A DNA stretch of 64,000 bases from Chloroflexota bacterium. Lineage in GTDB: Bacteria > Chloroflexota > Dehalococcoidia > JACPPT01. The DNA lies in NCBI GenBank assembly GCA_016190815.1, contig JACPPT010000063.1, forward strand, positions 2,370-66,369, written 5' to 3'. The translations under genes were made by a program, and so were the position numbers. How positions within the stretch are numbered: the stretch's first letter is position 1; each line of letters opens with the position of its first letter. Of the stretch, positions 1 through 8,735 are shown in pieces. The notes under the pieces were generated by a model that did not search any database, had not been told where the DNA came from, and saw nothing but the letters and a program-made list of their open reading frames with translations.

Positions 1-1
1 C

Positions 2-1354
2 GAACTGGACTACTTCAACGTCGTCCAGCTTATAAGATCGGCAGGTATTCCCCTGCATAGCCATGAGCGCGACAAAAGCCATCCGCTGGTGATCGCCGGC
101 GGGCCCTGTGTCTTCACAAATCCCGAACCCCTGGCACCTTTCTTCGATGCCCTCGCTATAGGAGAGGGCGAGGTAATTCTCCCATCATTTATGGACGCTC
201 TCCACCAGGGGATACACCACCCCAGGGATAGACTTCTAGGGACCCTGGCTGAACTCCCCGGGGTATACGTCCCAGGGGCAAACTGTGCCCAGCGCGTGGC
301 CCGACAATGGGTTCACAACATTGACTCCTTTGCCACCACGTCTGTTATTCTCACCCCGGAAACGGAGCTAGGCGATATGTTCACGATAGAGATAGCAAGG
401 GGTTGCGGAAGGGGCTGCCGGTTCTGCATGGCTGGATACTTATTCAGACCCATGAGACCTCGTTCACTAAGAACCCTCCTGGGCCAAGCCGAGGAAGGTT
501 TGAAGCTAACCAATCGCGTGGGGCTTCTGGGAGCCGCCGTTGCAGATCATCCCCACCTGGAGGAGCTGGTGGGAGGCCTCCACCAAATGGGCGCAAAGGT
601 GTCATTAAGCTCCCTCAGGGCCGATAGTCTCTCAGACAACCTGTTAAAAGCCCTGGATAAGGGAAAAGCAAGAAACATAACCGTAGCACCAGAGACTGGC
701 ACCGAGCGGCTACGCAGGGTAATAAACAAAGGCCTCTCCGAAGAAAAGATACTGGAGGCTTTCGAAAAGGTGGGGAGGTTCAGGTTTCAGCAGCTCAAGC
801 TATATTTTATGGTGGGGCTTCCTACAGAAACCGATGAGGACATCCAGGGGATTATTCACCTGGTCTCGCGGGGAAAAGACATACTGGAGAGACTTCAGAC
901 ACCCACTCGCATTATTCTTGACATATCGCCCTTTGTTCCAAAGCCCTTCACCGCCTTCCAATGGCTCCCCATGGCTCCAGTTGAGATAATCAATGCAAGA
1001 ATAGAGTCCATCCGCAAGAGCCTCCAGCCAAAGGGCATAAAAGTACACGCCAATAGCCCCCAGTGGGGCAGTGTGCAGTGCATACTGTCCAGAGGCGGAA
1101 GAGAGCTGGCAAACGTTCTGGAGAAGCTGCCCGCCAACTCCCCTTCCATCTGGCACAAGGCTATGGAGGAGTGCGGACTTGACTGGAACTCATATGTAAG
1201 CAACTATTTCCCACTCGGGGAGGCACTACCCTGGGACTCGGTGGACTCAGGCATAAGCTCCGAGTTCCTTAAGGCAGAGATGGAGAGATCTCAAAGGCAC
1301 AAGGAATTCCCCGTGTGCCCCCCCAGCGGCTGTCATGCCTGCGGCGTTTGTTAG
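2..1354 (+). CDS. B12-binding-domain radical SAM protein (5' partial, open to window edge)
   Basis: Frame is open from nt 2. CxxxCxxC motif CGRGCRFCMAGY is present. N-terminal LVIAGGP...GEGE region looks like a B12-binding-type domain. Confidence 0.85.
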   Translation, partial: ELDYFNVVQLIRSAGIPLHSHERDKSHPLVIAGGPCVFTNPEPLAPFFDALAIGEGEVILPSFMDALHQGIHHPRDRLLGTLAELPGVYVPGANCAQRVARQWVHNIDSFATTSVILTPETELGDMFTIEIARGCGRGCRFCMAGYLFRPMRPRSLRTLLGQAEEGLKLTNRVGLLGAAVADHPHLEELVGGLHQMGAKVSLSSLRADSLSDNLLKALDKGKARNITVAPETGTERLRRVINKGLSEEKILEAFEKVGRFRFQQLKLYFMVGLPTETDEDIQGIIHLVSRGKDILERLQTPTRIILDISPFVPKPFTAFQWLPMAPVEIINARIESIRKSLQPKGIKVHANSPQWGSVQCILSRGGRELANVLEKLPANSPSIWHKAMEECGLDWNSYVSNYFPLGEALPWDSVDSGISSEFLKAEMERSQRHKEFPVCPPSGCHACGVC

Positions 1355-1403
1355 GGCCCACACCGCAGGCGTCTGCGCTTTTCGCGGGGAATCCGTACAA
1401 ACC

Positions 1404-1501
1404 GAAAATAGCGATTGAATTTGTAGGTCGGGTTTCCTAACCCGACCGTTGCGGGCAGGCAGGTTGGGAAACCTGCCCTACGTGGTCAATCGCTGTTTTT
1501 A
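1404..1501. mobile_element. MITE-like repeat, family 1, copy A
   Basis: Terminal inverted repeats AAAATAGCGATTGA / TCAATCGCTGTTTT. Two internal hairpins (GTCGGGTTTCCTAACCCGAC; GGGCAGGCAGGTTGGGAAACCTGCCC). Near-identical copies at 7467-7562 and 35116-35240. Confidence 0.7.
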
Positions 1502-1655
1502 GGTACAGGATAACCCAAGACAGGAGCTTCCCTTTCTGATATAATCCAGCTATAACCCAGCCTTGGACATCATAACCTTCAAGGTATTGAGAAGAGGAGT
1601 CCAGAGAGACAAAGCCTCTTGGGTGAGACGGAATATTGATGAAAGGTTGGCAAAA

Positions 1656-2462
1656 TTGAAAATCTCTCTTATAGGCAGCGGCGTTATGGGTGAGGCAATA
1701 GTTGAAGGGGTTCTGGCAAAAGGTGTGACGGAAAGGAGACAGATATGGGCCAGCGACCTCGATTCCCAGCGCCGGACACTCTTGAAGACAAAATTTGAGA
1801 TAAAAACGACGGCCAGCAACCGAGAAGCCCTCAAGCAGGGCGATGTTGTGGTTCTGGCTGTAAAACCGCAAACTCTCCCGAAGGTTATGGCTGAGTTGGA
1901 GGGTCTTTTGGGCACGGAGCAAACTGTCCTCTCAATAGTTGCTGGAGCGAGCATGGCCACCTTAAGTCGAGGGCTCAAGCACCGTGCCATAGTTCGTGCG
2001 ATGCCCAATACCGCCGCCAGGATAGGCGAGGGGATGACCGTCTGGACTGCCACAAAGGAGGTGAACGCAGTCCAGAGGGAATGGGCCAAGTCTATCCTTG
2101 AGGCGCTTGGTCAGGCTGTTTACGTAGATGATGAAAAGTACCTGGACATGGCGACAGCGGTTAGCGCCAGTGGCCCAGCCTATGTATTCCTCTTCATAGA
2201 GTCCCTCATCGATGCCGGGGTGCACATAGGGTTGCCCAGAGACATTTCGTATAAACTTGTGCTCCAGACAGTGCTGGGTTCAACCCTTCTTGTCCAGAAA
2301 CTGGGTGCTCATCCAGCGGAGTTGCGCAATATGGTAACCTCTCCAGGGGGGACAACTGCCGAGGCCCTTCTCGCTCTCGAAGAGACGGGCTTTAGGGCCT
2401 CAGTTGTTCAGGCCGTAATAGCCGCCTTTGAGAAGGCCAAGGCCCTGGGCGAAGAGAAATGA
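1656..2462 (+). CDS. proC: pyrroline-5-carboxylate reductase
   Basis: KISLIGSGVMGEAIV Rossmann start and SPGGTTAEAL motif. Start re-set to TTG 1656, after GAAAGG. The track start at 1563 adds a non-homologous extension. Confidence 0.9.
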   Translation: MKISLIGSGVMGEAIVEGVLAKGVTERRQIWASDLDSQRRTLLKTKFEIKTTASNREALKQGDVVVLAVKPQTLPKVMAELEGLLGTEQTVLSIVAGASMATLSRGLKHRAIVRAMPNTAARIGEGMTVWTATKEVNAVQREWAKSILEALGQAVYVDDEKYLDMATAVSASGPAYVFLFIESLIDAGVHIGLPRDISYKLVLQTVLGSTLLVQKLGAHPAELRNMVTSPGGTTAEALLALEETGFRASVVQAVIAAFEKAKALGEEK

Positions 2463-2713
2463 CAGTGCTACTACGGTTCGTAATAATATTATGTCAAGTC
2501 CTTAGCATAGCCATCTTCATAAGGGTCATACTCTCCTGGTTCCCCGTCGGCACCCCTTCCAACCCCTTTGTGGCCTTCGTCTACCAGGTCACCGAGCCAA
2601 TCCTTACGCCTCTGCGTCAAATCCTGCCCAGAACAGGGGCTTTGGACTTCAGCCCCCTCGTTGCCATTGTGATTCTCCAGGTCATACAGTACTTCGCTGC
2701 GCGAGGATTCTGA
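2459..2713 (+). CDS. YggT family membrane protein
   Basis: 84 aa with two TM segments and an FIRVILSWFP-type YGGT signature. Overlaps the proC stop by 4 nt. Confidence 0.85.
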   Translation: MTVLLRFVIILCQVLSIAIFIRVILSWFPVGTPSNPFVAFVYQVTEPILTPLRQILPRTGALDFSPLVAIVILQVIQYFAARGF

Positions 2714-2721
2714 GCAAACTC

Positions 2722-3009
2722 CTATTTGACAGCACCAATTCCAAGGCGTTTCATTACCTCTTCAACACCGAGGCCACAAATTGCGACAATTTTGTTACGA
2801 CTTGCTGCGCCGTGCGTTATGGAAACCTCGTTACGCCTGACTCCCAGCGTCTTGGCCAGGTAGGCCACAAGGGCTTCGTTAGCTTTGCCCTTTTCGGGCG
2901 TGGCTTTTATCTTGACCTTGAGCACCCCAAAGAAAAAACCAGCCACTTCGTTGGAGGGCGCGCCCGGCGTAACATGTACCTTAATTCTCGCCTCAACGAC
3001 CTTGCTCAA
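2722..3009 (-). CDS. DUF167 (YggU) family protein
   Basis: VHVTPGA...KVKIKATPEKGKANEALVAYLAKTLGV...ITHGAASRNK is the typical DUF167 pattern. Confidence 0.85.
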   Translation of the reverse strand: MSKVVEARIKVHVTPGAPSNEVAGFFFGVLKVKIKATPEKGKANEALVAYLAKTLGVRRNEVSITHGAASRNKIVAICGLGVEEVMKRLGIGAVK

Positions 3010-3739
3010 TCTCTATCTCCTCAGGGAAAAATATCCTCTCCTCATACTCCCTGAAGGCAAGTCTTAGCCCGTCGAAGGAAAGCTCTGGGATATCCATATA
3101 TACATAGCGCCTCCCTATTTCCCAGGGAGCGTGTGCATCCGATCCCTGAACGCAGGGGTACTTCTTCGGGAAGTTGGGCACGAGACCTTTTGTCCACAGT
3201 TGCTTATCCTGAGGGACAGTGATCTCCAGGGCGCTCAAGTATCTGCTCTGGTGCAGCCTGCTCTTGTCCTCCAGAGATTCCTCGGACGCTGCTAGACCCC
3301 TTGGCTTCCTGTCTATATGGGCGGCAATTGCTACCCCTCCTGCCTTATCGATCATCATGAAGACCTCATCCATCCAAAGGCTCGTCTGCTGGAAGCCATC
3401 CCCTTCATCCTTCTCAATAAAGCCCAACTGTGCCAGAAGTTGTCGCATAACAGAAATTGGAGTTTCTGGAGAAAAAATGGCCAGAACGTGTCCTCCCCTT
3501 GAGGAGATCTCCATGCCCGGGAATACAAAAAGGCCGTGTTTTTTTGCGACGGCCCTTATTTCTTCCACCCCCTCAGAAGTGTTGTGGTCAGTTATGGCTA
3601 TAGCATGAAGGCCAGCACTCAAGGCCCCTTTAACTATGTCCTCCGGGCTGGTGTTAAGGTTCGCCTCAGGGACTATGCGGTCCTCATAACAGACAGAGCG
3701 AGGCGTATGAACGTGTAAATCAAGCTTCTTATATATCAT
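2993..3739 (-). CDS. PHP domain-containing phosphoesterase
   Basis: LDLHVHTPRS and AITDHNT metal-binding motifs. Start chosen at the Met of MIYKKLDLHVHT. Confidence 0.8.
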   Translation of the reverse strand: MIYKKLDLHVHTPRSVCYEDRIVPEANLNTSPEDIVKGALSAGLHAIAITDHNTSEGVEEIRAVAKKHGLFVFPGMEISSRGGHVLAIFSPETPISVMRQLLAQLGFIEKDEGDGFQQTSLWMDEVFMMIDKAGGVAIAAHIDRKPRGLAASEESLEDKSRLHQSRYLSALEITVPQDKQLWTKGLVPNFPKKYPCVQGSDAHAPWEIGRRYVYMDIPELSFDGLRLAFREYEERIFFPEEIEIEQGR

Positions 3740-3867
3740 AGCAAAATTGGTTTCCAATGAGTATATCATCGTAACCAGCGTCATTCAATAAACTGAAGAC
3801 GCCCTTGACAGGAGAGGCTCTCTTAAGATAGCATAAGCATAGTAATACGAGGTAATCGGAGAACCTG

Positions 3868-4203
3868 ATGAAATACGCACGGGAACTCCTCAAAGGCAAC
3901 ACCGACGCCCTCCTTCTTTCCCTCATCGCAGAAGAACCCAAATATGGCTACTCTCTATCTAAGGAAATTGAAGCGAGGAGCAACGGTTACTTTCGCTTCA
4001 AAGAGGGAACCCTCTATCCAGCCCTGCACCGCATGGAGAAGGCGGGGCTTGTGGCGGGAAAATGGCAAAGGTCTCCTAACGGACAACTGCGGAGGTATTA
4101 TCACATTACAGAAAAGGGCAAGCGCTTCTTGGAGAAGAAAACGATAGAGTGGAGGGATTTCTCCCTGGCTATAAATCTGGTTTTAAAGCCAGGTAGCACT
4201 TAG
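3868..4203 (+). CDS. PadR family transcriptional regulator
   Basis: LLLSLIAEEPKYGYSLSKEI...FKEGTLYPALHRMEKAGLV winged-helix signature. Confidence 0.9.
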   Translation: MKYARELLKGNTDALLLSLIAEEPKYGYSLSKEIEARSNGYFRFKEGTLYPALHRMEKAGLVAGKWQRSPNGQLRRYYHITEKGKRFLEKKTIEWRDFSLAINLVLKPGST

Positions 4204-4212
4204 GGAGGGATA

Positions 4213-5211
4213 ATGCTTCCCGAGTTACAACAGTATTTGAACAGTCTGAGGGCCAACCTCAGGCTTGATCCGCATTCCGAGCATCAAATCCTCTGCGAGA
4301 TCTATACACATCTGGAAGAAAGAATCCAGGAGCTTAGAGAAAGCGGACTTACCCAGGAGGAAGCAGTTAAGAAAGCTACTGAGAGATTCGGCCGCCCCAG
4401 GACCCTGGCGAGGGAGATCTACGAGGCACACATCGGGGGCTCCTGGCTTGATGCGTTTATGGCAGGAAGTCCTCACTTAGTCGTCGCCCTGCTGTTTGCC
4501 ACCCAGGCCTGGAGCAACCTCTGGTGGCTCAGCCTTAGCATTGTTTCCTTCATAATAGCAACCCTGCATGGATGGTGGCGTGGGAAGCCCGCGTGGTTTT
4601 ATCCCTGGCTAGGATACTCCCTGCTAATGCCCCTGGCCGCCTGTTTGTCGTCCCTCTTCCTCATAGCCCGGATGGTTAGCGGGGTGGTTTTTGGAGGCAC
4701 CCCCTCTCTTGGCCCCTGGGTATGGGTTGCCATTTTTGTGTATGTTCCATTTTCCCTGTGGCTTCTGAGCTACGCTGTGAAAAGAGTTGTTCGGCGAGAC
4801 TGGCTGTATGTCTCCCTCATGTCTCTACCACTGCCTGTTATTGTCACGTGGCTCATAACTCTGCAATCAAGTGGAAGGCTTTTCAGCCAGAACTCCTTCG
4901 GGGCCCATGAGGCAGACCTTGCAACAGCATCCATGTTTCTCTTCCTTGCCTTAGCCGTTGCCATCTTTATCAGGCTAACACAAAGGGCTCTGAGAATAGG
5001 GGTATTGCTTTTCGTTATTCCAATTCTGCTGATAATGCTTTCCCCAAGACTGGAGGGCGGCCCAGACTTCTGGGGGATTTCTGCACTTGCCCTCTTGTCT
5101 ATCGCACTCCTCCTAAGCCCCATCCTGCTGGAGCTTGCCATCGGGCGTGGCGACAATGATGCAAACTCCTGGAGCGAATCTTGGCTAGAGCAGGTCCCTC
5201 GCAGAGGTTAG
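4213..5211 (+). CDS. PadR-associated multi-pass membrane protein (N-terminal helical sensor/anti-regulator-like domain)
   Basis: Starts 10 nt after padR. N-terminus LNSLRANL...EERIQELRESGLTQEEAVKKATERFGRP resembles DUF1700/permease-prefix modules. At least 6 TM helices follow. Confidence 0.65.
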   Translation: MLPELQQYLNSLRANLRLDPHSEHQILCEIYTHLEERIQELRESGLTQEEAVKKATERFGRPRTLAREIYEAHIGGSWLDAFMAGSPHLVVALLFATQAWSNLWWLSLSIVSFIIATLHGWWRGKPAWFYPWLGYSLLMPLAACLSSLFLIARMVSGVVFGGTPSLGPWVWVAIFVYVPFSLWLLSYAVKRVVRRDWLYVSLMSLPLPVIVTWLITLQSSGRLFSQNSFGAHEADLATASMFLFLALAVAIFIRLTQRALRIGVLLFVIPILLIMLSPRLEGGPDFWGISALALLSIALLLSPILLELAIGRGDNDANSWSESWLEQVPRRG

Positions 5212-5324
5212 GGTCATAGAGTATCAGGTTGCGTAGCCTGATCATAGCAGTGTCAGCGATGGGTGGTTTTCTAGCAGGTCAAAAACGCTCGTAGCGAGTA
5301 TGAGACCCCGTGAGGGAAATCTAA

Positions 5325-6179
5325 ATGACTAAGATCGCTATCGTAACTGACAGTACAGCCTGCATACCGAAGGAACTTGTGGATGAGCTCGGAATCTGGG
5401 TGGTTCCGATAAACATTGAATACCAAGGAGTGATCTACAGAGACGGCATCGACCTTTTGCCCGGCGACTTCTACAAGCTCCTGGAAAAGGTTGAAAAGGC
5501 GCCTCATACCTCCCCCGCATCCCCCGGGGCTTATCTTGAGGTCTACAAAGAAGCAAGTAAGAATGCTGAGGCCATTCTCTGCATAACTCTTCTTTCCAGG
5601 CTCAGTGCCATGTATGATGCGGCAAGGCTCGCTACGGAAATGGCACAGGGTTTACTTCCCGATACAGAAATAAGAGTCCTGGACTCCAGGACAGCCACAA
5701 TGGCTCAAGGGTTTGTTGTCCTGGCAGCAGCTAGAGCAGCAGCCCAGGGAAAAAGTTTAGAAGAGGTTACACAAGCTGCGGAGGAGCTAAAACCAAAGGT
5801 GCAAGTTTTAGCCTTCCTCGACACTCTGAACTATCTTGCAAAAAGCGGACGAATCCCCAAGGCCGGAGCCTGGGCGGCTTCTCTCTTGCATATGAAGCCC
5901 GTCATCAGTTTAGCCAATGGAGAGATAAGCCTTGTGACAGCAGTGCGAAGTCGACAGAGTGGCATGAATCGTCTAATGGAGTTGATTGAGGAAAGAACAG
6001 AACGGAAAGGTCCCCTGCACATAGCAGTCATACACGCCGGCGCCCCACAAGAGGCTGAAAGACTTAAGGAAAGGATCAAGTCCCAGTTTCAGTGCTCTGA
6101 GCTATTAGTTACCGAGTTCACGCCGGTAATGGGGGTTTACACTGGACCTGGCCTCCTCGGTCTGGCCTTCTACTCGTAA
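5325..6179 (+). CDS. DegV family fatty-acid-binding protein
   Basis: IAIVTDSTACIP start, TSPASPG motif and LAKSGRIPK motif. Confidence 0.9.
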   Translation: MTKIAIVTDSTACIPKELVDELGIWVVPINIEYQGVIYRDGIDLLPGDFYKLLEKVEKAPHTSPASPGAYLEVYKEASKNAEAILCITLLSRLSAMYDAARLATEMAQGLLPDTEIRVLDSRTATMAQGFVVLAAARAAAQGKSLEEVTQAAEELKPKVQVLAFLDTLNYLAKSGRIPKAGAWAASLLHMKPVISLANGEISLVTAVRSRQSGMNRLMELIEERTERKGPLHIAVIHAGAPQEAERLKERIKSQFQCSELLVTEFTPVMGVYTGPGLLGLAFYS

Positions 6180-6230
6180 GGTCCGGCGGGATCAACACCA
6201 TAAGTCACTTGAAAGGGGAGGGAATTTGAA

Positions 6231-7088
6231 ATGGAGAAGGTAGCGGTAGTTGTGGACAGCACCGTTTGTCTGCCTAAAGATTTGGTAGAGCAATACCGCA
6301 TAGAGATTGTGCCCATAGGTTTAGTCATCGGCGGGACGGTATACCGAGATGGCCTGGATATGATGCCCTCCGAGTTCTATGAGATGCTGAAAACGGCGGT
6401 TAAGCTGCCCACCACCTCACCCTCCTCTCCTGGGGGATATTTTGAGGCCTACAAAAGGGCCAGCGAAAGGGCCAACGCCATCCTCTGTCTCGCAGTCTCC
6501 TCAAAGTTAAGCGCTATGATGGACTCGGCAAGAGCTGCCAAGAAGATGGCAGAGACCGAGCTCCCAGGCGTGACAATAGAGGTAATGGACTCCATGACGG
6601 CAGGCGGAGCAGAGGGTTTCATCGCCCTTGGTGCTGCCCGGGCTGCCCAAACAGGAAGCGGTCTGAAGGAAGTAATCAGCATCGCCGAAGAGTTGAGGGC
6701 CAAGACCAGCTTCATCGTGCTTATGGACACCCTTTATTACCTTGCAAAAGGCGGCCGCATACCGAAGGCTGCTGCTTGGGCTGGCTCGCTTTTAAACCTC
6801 AAGCCAATAATCGAACTCGCTCACGGAGAGGTCAAACTGGCCGACAGGCCCAGGACCAGGACCAAGGGGATAGAGCACCTCCTCACTATGATGCGGGAAA
6901 GGGTAGGCTCAAAGCCCGTGCACGTTGCTGTCTCTCATGCTGCATCCCTGGAGGAAGGCCAAAGGCTGATGGAAAGGGTAGCGAAGGAGTTCAATTGCGT
7001 GGAACTCTTCTTATCGGAGTTCACCCCTGTTATGGGCACCCACGCGGGGCCGGGTGTTCTTTCTCTGGTATTTTACACCGAGGACTAA
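6231..7088 (+). CDS. DegV family fatty-acid-binding protein (tandem paralog)
   Basis: VAVVVDSTVCLP, TSPSSPG and LAKGGRIPK motifs. Collinear with the upstream paralog. Confidence 0.9.
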   Translation: MEKVAVVVDSTVCLPKDLVEQYRIEIVPIGLVIGGTVYRDGLDMMPSEFYEMLKTAVKLPTTSPSSPGGYFEAYKRASERANAILCLAVSSKLSAMMDSARAAKKMAETELPGVTIEVMDSMTAGGAEGFIALGAARAAQTGSGLKEVISIAEELRAKTSFIVLMDTLYYLAKGGRIPKAAAWAGSLLNLKPIIELAHGEVKLADRPRTRTKGIEHLLTMMRERVGSKPVHVAVSHAASLEEGQRLMERVAKEFNCVELFLSEFTPVMGTHAGPGVLSLVFYTED

Positions 7089-7159
7089 AGGCGTTTATCA
7101 GTTTACCTTCCTACGCATTGTCTTCAAATCTTTTCTTACTCCGTCTATTAGCTTTTCTT

Positions 7160-7198
7160 CATTGCAGAGGCTGCAACCTAAACCTGCGAACACCCCCT
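7160..7198. repeat. short repeat family 2, copy a
   Basis: CATTGCAGAGGCTGCAACCTAAACCTGCGAACACCCCCT matches 29579-29617 with 4 mismatches over 39 bp. Confidence 0.6.
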
Positions 7199-7245
7199 CT
7201 GGCTCCCCCTATTAGGCATAAGAGGGAGAGAAGGGAAGACGATTT

Positions 7246-7414
7246 CAGGGGGACACCCGGCTTTGCACAAAAACCCCTCTCATCCTCCCAAAATGTCACC
7301 CTGAGCGAAGCGAAGGGTCTGAGGCGGGCTACTTCTCAGATACGGACTCCACCCCTCTCCAGATTCTTCACTCCGTTCAGAATGACTTTTTGTGCAAGGT
7401 GGGGACACCCCCTG
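7246..7414. repeat. ~170-bp imperfect palindromic element
   Basis: Outer arms CAGGGGG..TTGCACAAAAA / TTTTTGTGCAA..CCCCCTG. Inner arms 7295-7321 and 7360-7386 (GTCACCCTGAGCGAAGCGAAGGGTCTG vs reverse complement GTCATTCTGAACGGAGTGAAGAATCTG). Confidence 0.6.
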
Positions 7415-7466
7415 AAACCCCCGGCAGTGGGCGCAGCCCCCTGCACGCCCAAGGAAGGTGCAACCC

Positions 7467-7562
7467 GAAAACAGCGAGTAACCCCCATAGGCAGGTTTCC
7501 CAACCTGCCCGCCCGCGACGGTCGGGTTAGGAAACCCGACCTACAGATTCAATCGCTATTCT
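7467..7562. mobile_element. MITE-like repeat, family 1, copy B (inverted relative to copy A)
   Basis: The reverse complement aligns almost base-for-base with 1404-1501, including both hairpins and both termini. Confidence 0.7.
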
Positions 7563-7746
7563 AGGGGTGGGGTATCGGCACCGACACGAGCGGCTGCCAG
7601 AGCACACCCAGAGGTCAGACCCAGGGGAGCACCCATCGGGAGAAGCTAGTGCTGTTTCATGGTGACGACAAGTTTGACTTGCGGGAAAAAGATAACTAGA
7701 CTTTTCATTAGAAAGCCAAATGAAAGCGTCATATTCGGAGGGCAAT

Positions 7747-8373
7747 ATGAGGTACCTCAAGTCAGCAGCTATAGCGATATTTCTTACGTTGTTAACATTG
7801 TCTGCCTGTCGGCCAGCGCCAACTCCCACTCCAACACCAACTCACACCCCTGCCCCCTCACCCACTTTAGCGCCCACAGCCATTCCCACCAAAACCCCTA
7901 CACCTGAGCCAACCTCAACTCCTCAACCCACTCCAACAGCCACGCCAAAACCACCGGCCACGGGGACTCCCTTTTCCCCAACGCCGACACCCACCGCCAC
8001 GCCAGAGGCCACGGCCACACCCACCCCTGTTCCACCCACACCTACACCAGTTCCCACACCTACTCCCAGTCTCACTGAAACACCAACTCCACCCGCAACA
8101 CCAACACCAACGGCAACTCCCACCCACCTAACCGCCTCGGTTGCCATCCTGAACTTCGCCTTTGACCCAGCCAACCTAACAATAAAAAAGGGGACTACTG
8201 TAACGTGGACCAATGAGGACTTCTTTGCTCACACGGTACAGGGCTTCGGCACAGAAAGCCTCGCTCTTAGCCAGGGTCAGTCGTACAGCTACACTTTCGA
8301 TACAGTCGGGACTTTTGACTATATCTGTGGCCTTCACATTTCCATGACAGGGACTGTGGTGGTTACGGAATAG
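7747..8373 (+). CDS. cupredoxin (amicyanin/plastocyanin-like) lipoprotein with long Pro/Thr linker
   Basis: Signal peptide with lipobox LTLSAC. About 110-aa PT-rich linker. C-terminal domain carries type-1 Cu ligand pattern H...C-x2-H-x2-M (FAHTV; [11 protein letters not shown]). GGAGGG lies 4 nt before ATG 7747. Confidence 0.8.
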   Translation: MRYLKSAAIAIFLTLLTLSACRPAPTPTPTPTHTPAPSPTLAPTAIPTKTPTPEPTSTPQPTPTATPKPPATGTPFSPTPTPTATPEATATPTPVPPTPTPVPTPTPSLTETPTPPATPTPTATPTHLTASVAILNFAFDPANLTIKKGTTVTWTNEDFFAHTVQGFGTESLALSQGQSYSYTFDTVGTFDYICGLHISMTGTVVVTE

Positions 8374-8525
8374 TGACTAGAAAGCAGCCTCTTTGAGATA
8401 AACCGGCTAGATAGAAGCTACCCATGCCGACAACCTCTCTGGCATATTCAATTCAAATCGCCTATAATTTAATGAAATCGATTTCTATGAGTGCTGTTGT
8501 AGACAAGCTACCCGGAGGTAAACTT

Positions 8526-8732
8526 ATGGGGCTTATCTGGGACGATGATGAGGACATCGCAATGGAGCTTGCCGAGGCCCATCCAGATGTGGACCCTCTG
8601 GATATCAGCTTCCCCACCATGCTCAAATGGATAACAGAACTCAAGGGCTGGGAAGATGACCCCCAATCAGCCAATGAGGGGAAGCTTGAGAATATTCAGA
8701 TGAAATGGCATGAAGAGTTCCGGGGCCGCTGA
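8526..8732 (+). CDS. iscX: IscX-like Fe-S assembly accessory protein
   Basis: MGLIWDDDEDIAMELAEAHPDVDPLDISFPTMLKWITELKGWEDDPQSANEGKLENIQMKW is collinear with E. coli IscX ([33 protein letters not shown].SNE) as recalled. GGAGGT lies 6 nt upstream of ATG 8526. Confidence 0.75.
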   Translation: MGLIWDDDEDIAMELAEAHPDVDPLDISFPTMLKWITELKGWEDDPQSANEGKLENIQMKWHEEFRGR

Positions 8733-8735
8733 AGC

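Noticed and set aside
1563-1655. N-terminal extensions implied by the track's longest-ORF starts. Affected genes include proC, the PHP gene, the cupredoxin, gdh, the enoyl-CoA hydratase, the thiolase, asd, dapB, pnp, rpsO, OCD, recJ and polX
   Set aside because: The extensions lack homology to the respective families and often overlap upstream genes or repeats. Internal starts with good SD-like sequences restore canonical N-termini. These remain predictions.
3805-3833. TTGACA at 3805-3810 as the padR promoter
   Set aside because: No acceptable -10 hexamer lies at 16-18 nt (ATAGCA/GATAGC), so it was not reported as a feature.
6776-7564. 262-aa plus-strand ORF
   Set aside because: It overlaps the degV 3' end out of frame and then reads through three repeat elements. 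It is an artefact of stop-poor repeats.
7820-8130. Periodic CCnACn DNA repeats (also about 57900-58090), considered as a possible tandem repeat or CRISPR-like array
   Set aside because: There is no repeat-spacer organisation. The periodicity is the codon pattern of in-frame Pro/Thr linkers in two genuine ORFs.
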